A model generated the notes under the pieces. It did no database searches. It worked only from the letters and a program-made list of their open reading frames with translations, and had not been told where the DNA came from. A program made the position numbers and the translations under genes. A stretch of DNA of 49,625 nt from an uncultured bacterium (GTDB lineage Bacteria > Krumholzibacteriota > Krumholzibacteriia > LZORAL124-64-63): NCBI GenBank assembly GCA_965371575.1, contig CBDUYZ010000001.1, positions 1 through 49,625 on the forward strand, in the 5' to 3' direction. Below, piece by piece: positions 47,623 to 49,625 of the stretch (positions are counted from its first letter, which is position 1; each line of letters starts with the position of its first letter).

Positions 47623-48701
47623 ATCTGGTCACCGAAGGTCTGGCCGGTCTGGGATCCACGGGCATCATCGGTCTGGGGGCCTTCAGCCTTCTCATGTCCG
47701 GATTCTTTTCCGGCAGCGAAACCGGCTACATGAGTGTCAGCCGGGTCCGGTTGCGCAATCTCCCGAACTTCAACAGCCCCCTTGTTCGCCGGTTGCAACT
47801 CCAGGTGCGCAGGATCGAGGATCCCATCCTGACCTGTCTGATCGGGACCAACTTCTTCAATGTGCTCTTAACCGTACTGGTCACCACCGTTTTCGCCGAA
47901 AGGTTCGGGGCCGGGGGCGAATGGCTGGCCATGGGCTTCGTATCGATCCTGGTGATCCTGTTGGGCGAGATCCTGCCCAAGGTTCTGTACCGGGAATTTC
48001 CCGAGCGGATGATGCTCGCCTCGGTGCCCTTCATTTCCGTAGCCATGGGAATTTTGTCGCCTGTCCGGTGGCTGCTGCGGGGCTACACGGCGCTTTGGCG
48101 CCGCATTCTGCCCGAGACAGAGCCCGGCCGCGGGGGGCTGAACCGCAGAAGCTTGGCCGCCCTGCTGTTGACCAACAGGGTGTCCAGCGATAATGAACAG
48201 CGCTTCGCCGAAGCCCTGGACAGGTTTATCAAGCTCGCGGGGCACCCCCTTGCGCAGAGCATGCGGCCGCTGGACAGCCTGGTGACCGTCGGGCCCGACG
48301 TCACGGTCGGGGAATGTCTGGCCACCGCCTCGCAGTCTGGTTTCAGCCGGTTGCCCGTCACTCGCGAGGACGGCCGGGATCTGCAAGGGTACGTGCTGGT
48401 GCGCGATCTCCTGTTCCTGTCCCGCCAGGAACATGGTCGTATCCTGCCGCGCAAATTCATCAGGTCGTTTTTACTGGTGGACGAACGCATGTCCCCGTAT
48501 GAACTTTTCGAGGAATTGCGTAGCCAGAACAGGCAACTCGCCGTGGTCGTGGACGGGAGCGGGAACCCGCGAGGGATGATCACGCTTGAAGATCTTATTG
48601 AAACCGTCATCGGCTCGATCCGGGACGAGTTCGACCCACCGGCGGATCGGGAAGGAACTTCCGGACAAGTGCATATCCACGGGAGGATTGATCATGGGTA
48701 G
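47619..48701 (+). CDS. second CNNM/CorB-family (DUF21-CBS) protein
   Basis: GTG overlaps the previous stop (GTGA). It has FFSGSETGYMSV, four TM segments and a CBS pair (AVVVDGSGNPRGMITLEDLIE). The C-terminal domain is shorter than in the first copy. Confidence 0.8.
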   Translation: MNLVTEGLAGLGSTGIIGLGAFSLLMSGFFSGSETGYMSVSRVRLRNLPNFNSPLVRRLQLQVRRIEDPILTCLIGTNFFNVLLTVLVTTVFAERFGAGGEWLAMGFVSILVILLGEILPKVLYREFPERMMLASVPFISVAMGILSPVRWLLRGYTALWRRILPETEPGRGGLNRRSLAALLLTNRVSSDNEQRFAEALDRFIKLAGHPLAQSMRPLDSLVTVGPDVTVGECLATASQSGFSRLPVTREDGRDLQGYVLVRDLLFLSRQEHGRILPRKFIRSFLLVDERMSPYELFEELRSQNRQLAVVVDGSGNPRGMITLEDLIETVIGSIRDEFDPPADREGTSGQVHIHGRIDHG

Positions 48702-49050
48702 CAACGAGATGAACAAGCACGATCACGTACTGGCGGGACTGGTCTTCAGCCTTCAGGCGGCCGCCATGCAACAGCTGGGCAAGATCCAGAATCCCCTGAC
48801 CGGGGAAATCGAAATGGATCTGGACCAGGCCAAAGGTACGATCGACGTCCTGGATATGCTCAAGGTCAAGTGCCGCACGGATACGCCGGAGGAATTATTG
48901 CGGATGATCGACAGCGCGGTGATGGATCTTCAACTCAACTACATGGACGAGGTGAAGAAGTCAGCCGCCCAGGAAAACGATCCCGCCGCCGAGAACGAAA
49001 CCGCCGCTGAAGCCCCGCAGGACGATGCAGGGGACGAGGCCGGCGGTTGA
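48694..49050 (+). CDS. DUF1844-like small acidic protein
   Basis: ATG 48694 follows GGGAGG. The pattern LVFSLQAAAMQQLGKIQNPLTGEIEMDLDQAKGTIDVLDMLKVKCRT fits DUF1844, with an acidic tail. Confidence 0.6.
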   Translation: MGSNEMNKHDHVLAGLVFSLQAAAMQQLGKIQNPLTGEIEMDLDQAKGTIDVLDMLKVKCRTDTPEELLRMIDSAVMDLQLNYMDEVKKSAAQENDPAAENETAAEAPQDDAGDEAGG

Positions 49051-49625
49051 AGCTCCTGCTCCTGGCAATACTGACCCTTTGCTCGTCGTTCCCCTTCGCG
49101 GTCCAGGCGGAGGTGCGGCCGCAGGTGGCAAACGATCCTGTGGGAATTCCCCCTTCCAACCATCAGGATTCGGTCCGGCTGACCCGGGCGTTCTCGGCGG
49201 TCATGCCGGCGGACGGCCTGTGGAGCGTGGGCCTGGGCTGGCGGACCTACAGCACCGTCCATCTCCTGGACGGTTTTCTGCACCGGGTGAACCAGAAAGA
49301 CGCCTTCCTGCAGACCGAACTGGCCCTGTGGTCATGGTTGAATGTGTGGGGGGAGGTGCCCTGGCGGACGTGGTCCGAAGGCGACTCCTTCATTCCTGAG
49401 ACCGGCTCGGGCCTGGGTGACGGCAGCTGGCAGGCCACCGTGGGATGTCCGCTCAAGAGCGGTTTCCTGCATGCCGCCCTGATGGGCGGAGGCAACATAC
49501 CGGTCGGCGACGAGGGCCAGGGCCAACTGTTTGATAGCCGCGCCCGACATCCAGCCTTTGCCCACCACGCTGCCCAAAAGAGGACGTCCTGTTTCGATAT
49601 CTATTTTAAGGGCCGTGCCAATCGA
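49047..49625 (+). CDS. secreted/outer-membrane hypothetical protein (3' partial, runs off window)
   Basis: This ORF is not in the supplied track. Frame 3 is open from TTG 49047 (overlapping the previous stop, TTGA) to the window end. The leader is LKLLLLAILTLCSSFPFAVQA|EV. I checked codon by codon and found no stop. Confidence 0.5.
   Translation, partial: MKLLLLAILTLCSSFPFAVQAEVRPQVANDPVGIPPSNHQDSVRLTRAFSAVMPADGLWSVGLGWRTYSTVHLLDGFLHRVNQKDAFLQTELALWSWLNVWGEVPWRTWSEGDSFIPETGSGLGDGSWQATVGCPLKSGFLHAALMGGGNIPVGDEGQGQLFDSRARHPAFAHHAAQKRTSCFDIYFKGRANR

Overview
High-GC (visibly >60%) bacterial chromosome segment from a diderm: LPS-core genes waaA and a GT9 heptosyltransferase, lspA, and lipobox lipoproteins are present. 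The T9SS/FlgD-Ig type C-terminal domain and a gingipain-like peptidase suggest an FCB-type or candidate-phylum lineage, but that is inference only. All calls come from reading the ORF translations and the DNA; no database search was possible. Most of the window is plus-strand housekeeping: kbl (5' partial), an EF-G paralogue, yggS-yggT-divIVA, punA, ileS-dksA-like-lspA-rluD, a STAS/RsbW-like pair, ruvX-mltG, SpoIID-nagZ-like, queE-queC, two CNNM/CorC genes and DUF1844. tRNA-Val(UAC) and tRNA-Asp(GUC) are also present. Two regions stand out. (1) 1.7-11.6 kb is a translationally coupled outer-membrane multihaem cytochrome cluster: an NHL propeller, a 6-haem and a 5-haem cytochrome, a 553-aa beta-barrel ending in Phe, two paralogous non-haem lipoproteins, a small secreted protein, and a 1038-aa cytochrome in which I count 42 CXXCH motifs in about 21 tandem paired units. 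It looks like a non-canonical porin-cytochrome conduit. (2) The 9.3 kb after tRNA-Val is an accessory-looking segment, AT-richer at its left end. It holds a dockerin-like repeat protein and two divergent paralogous secreted proteins that share an identical-type extreme C-terminal tail, SFGSVK(S/A)LFR. A group II intron with IIC-like features sits directly after an intrinsic terminator between the paralogues. A 1482-aa C25 (gingipain/PorU-like) peptidase with a T9SS-type C-terminal domain follows, behind a consensus sigma70 promoter. A 177-nt imperfect palindrome with perfect 20-nt termini lies upstream of the EF-G gene. The many long antisense ORFs are treated as high-GC artefacts.
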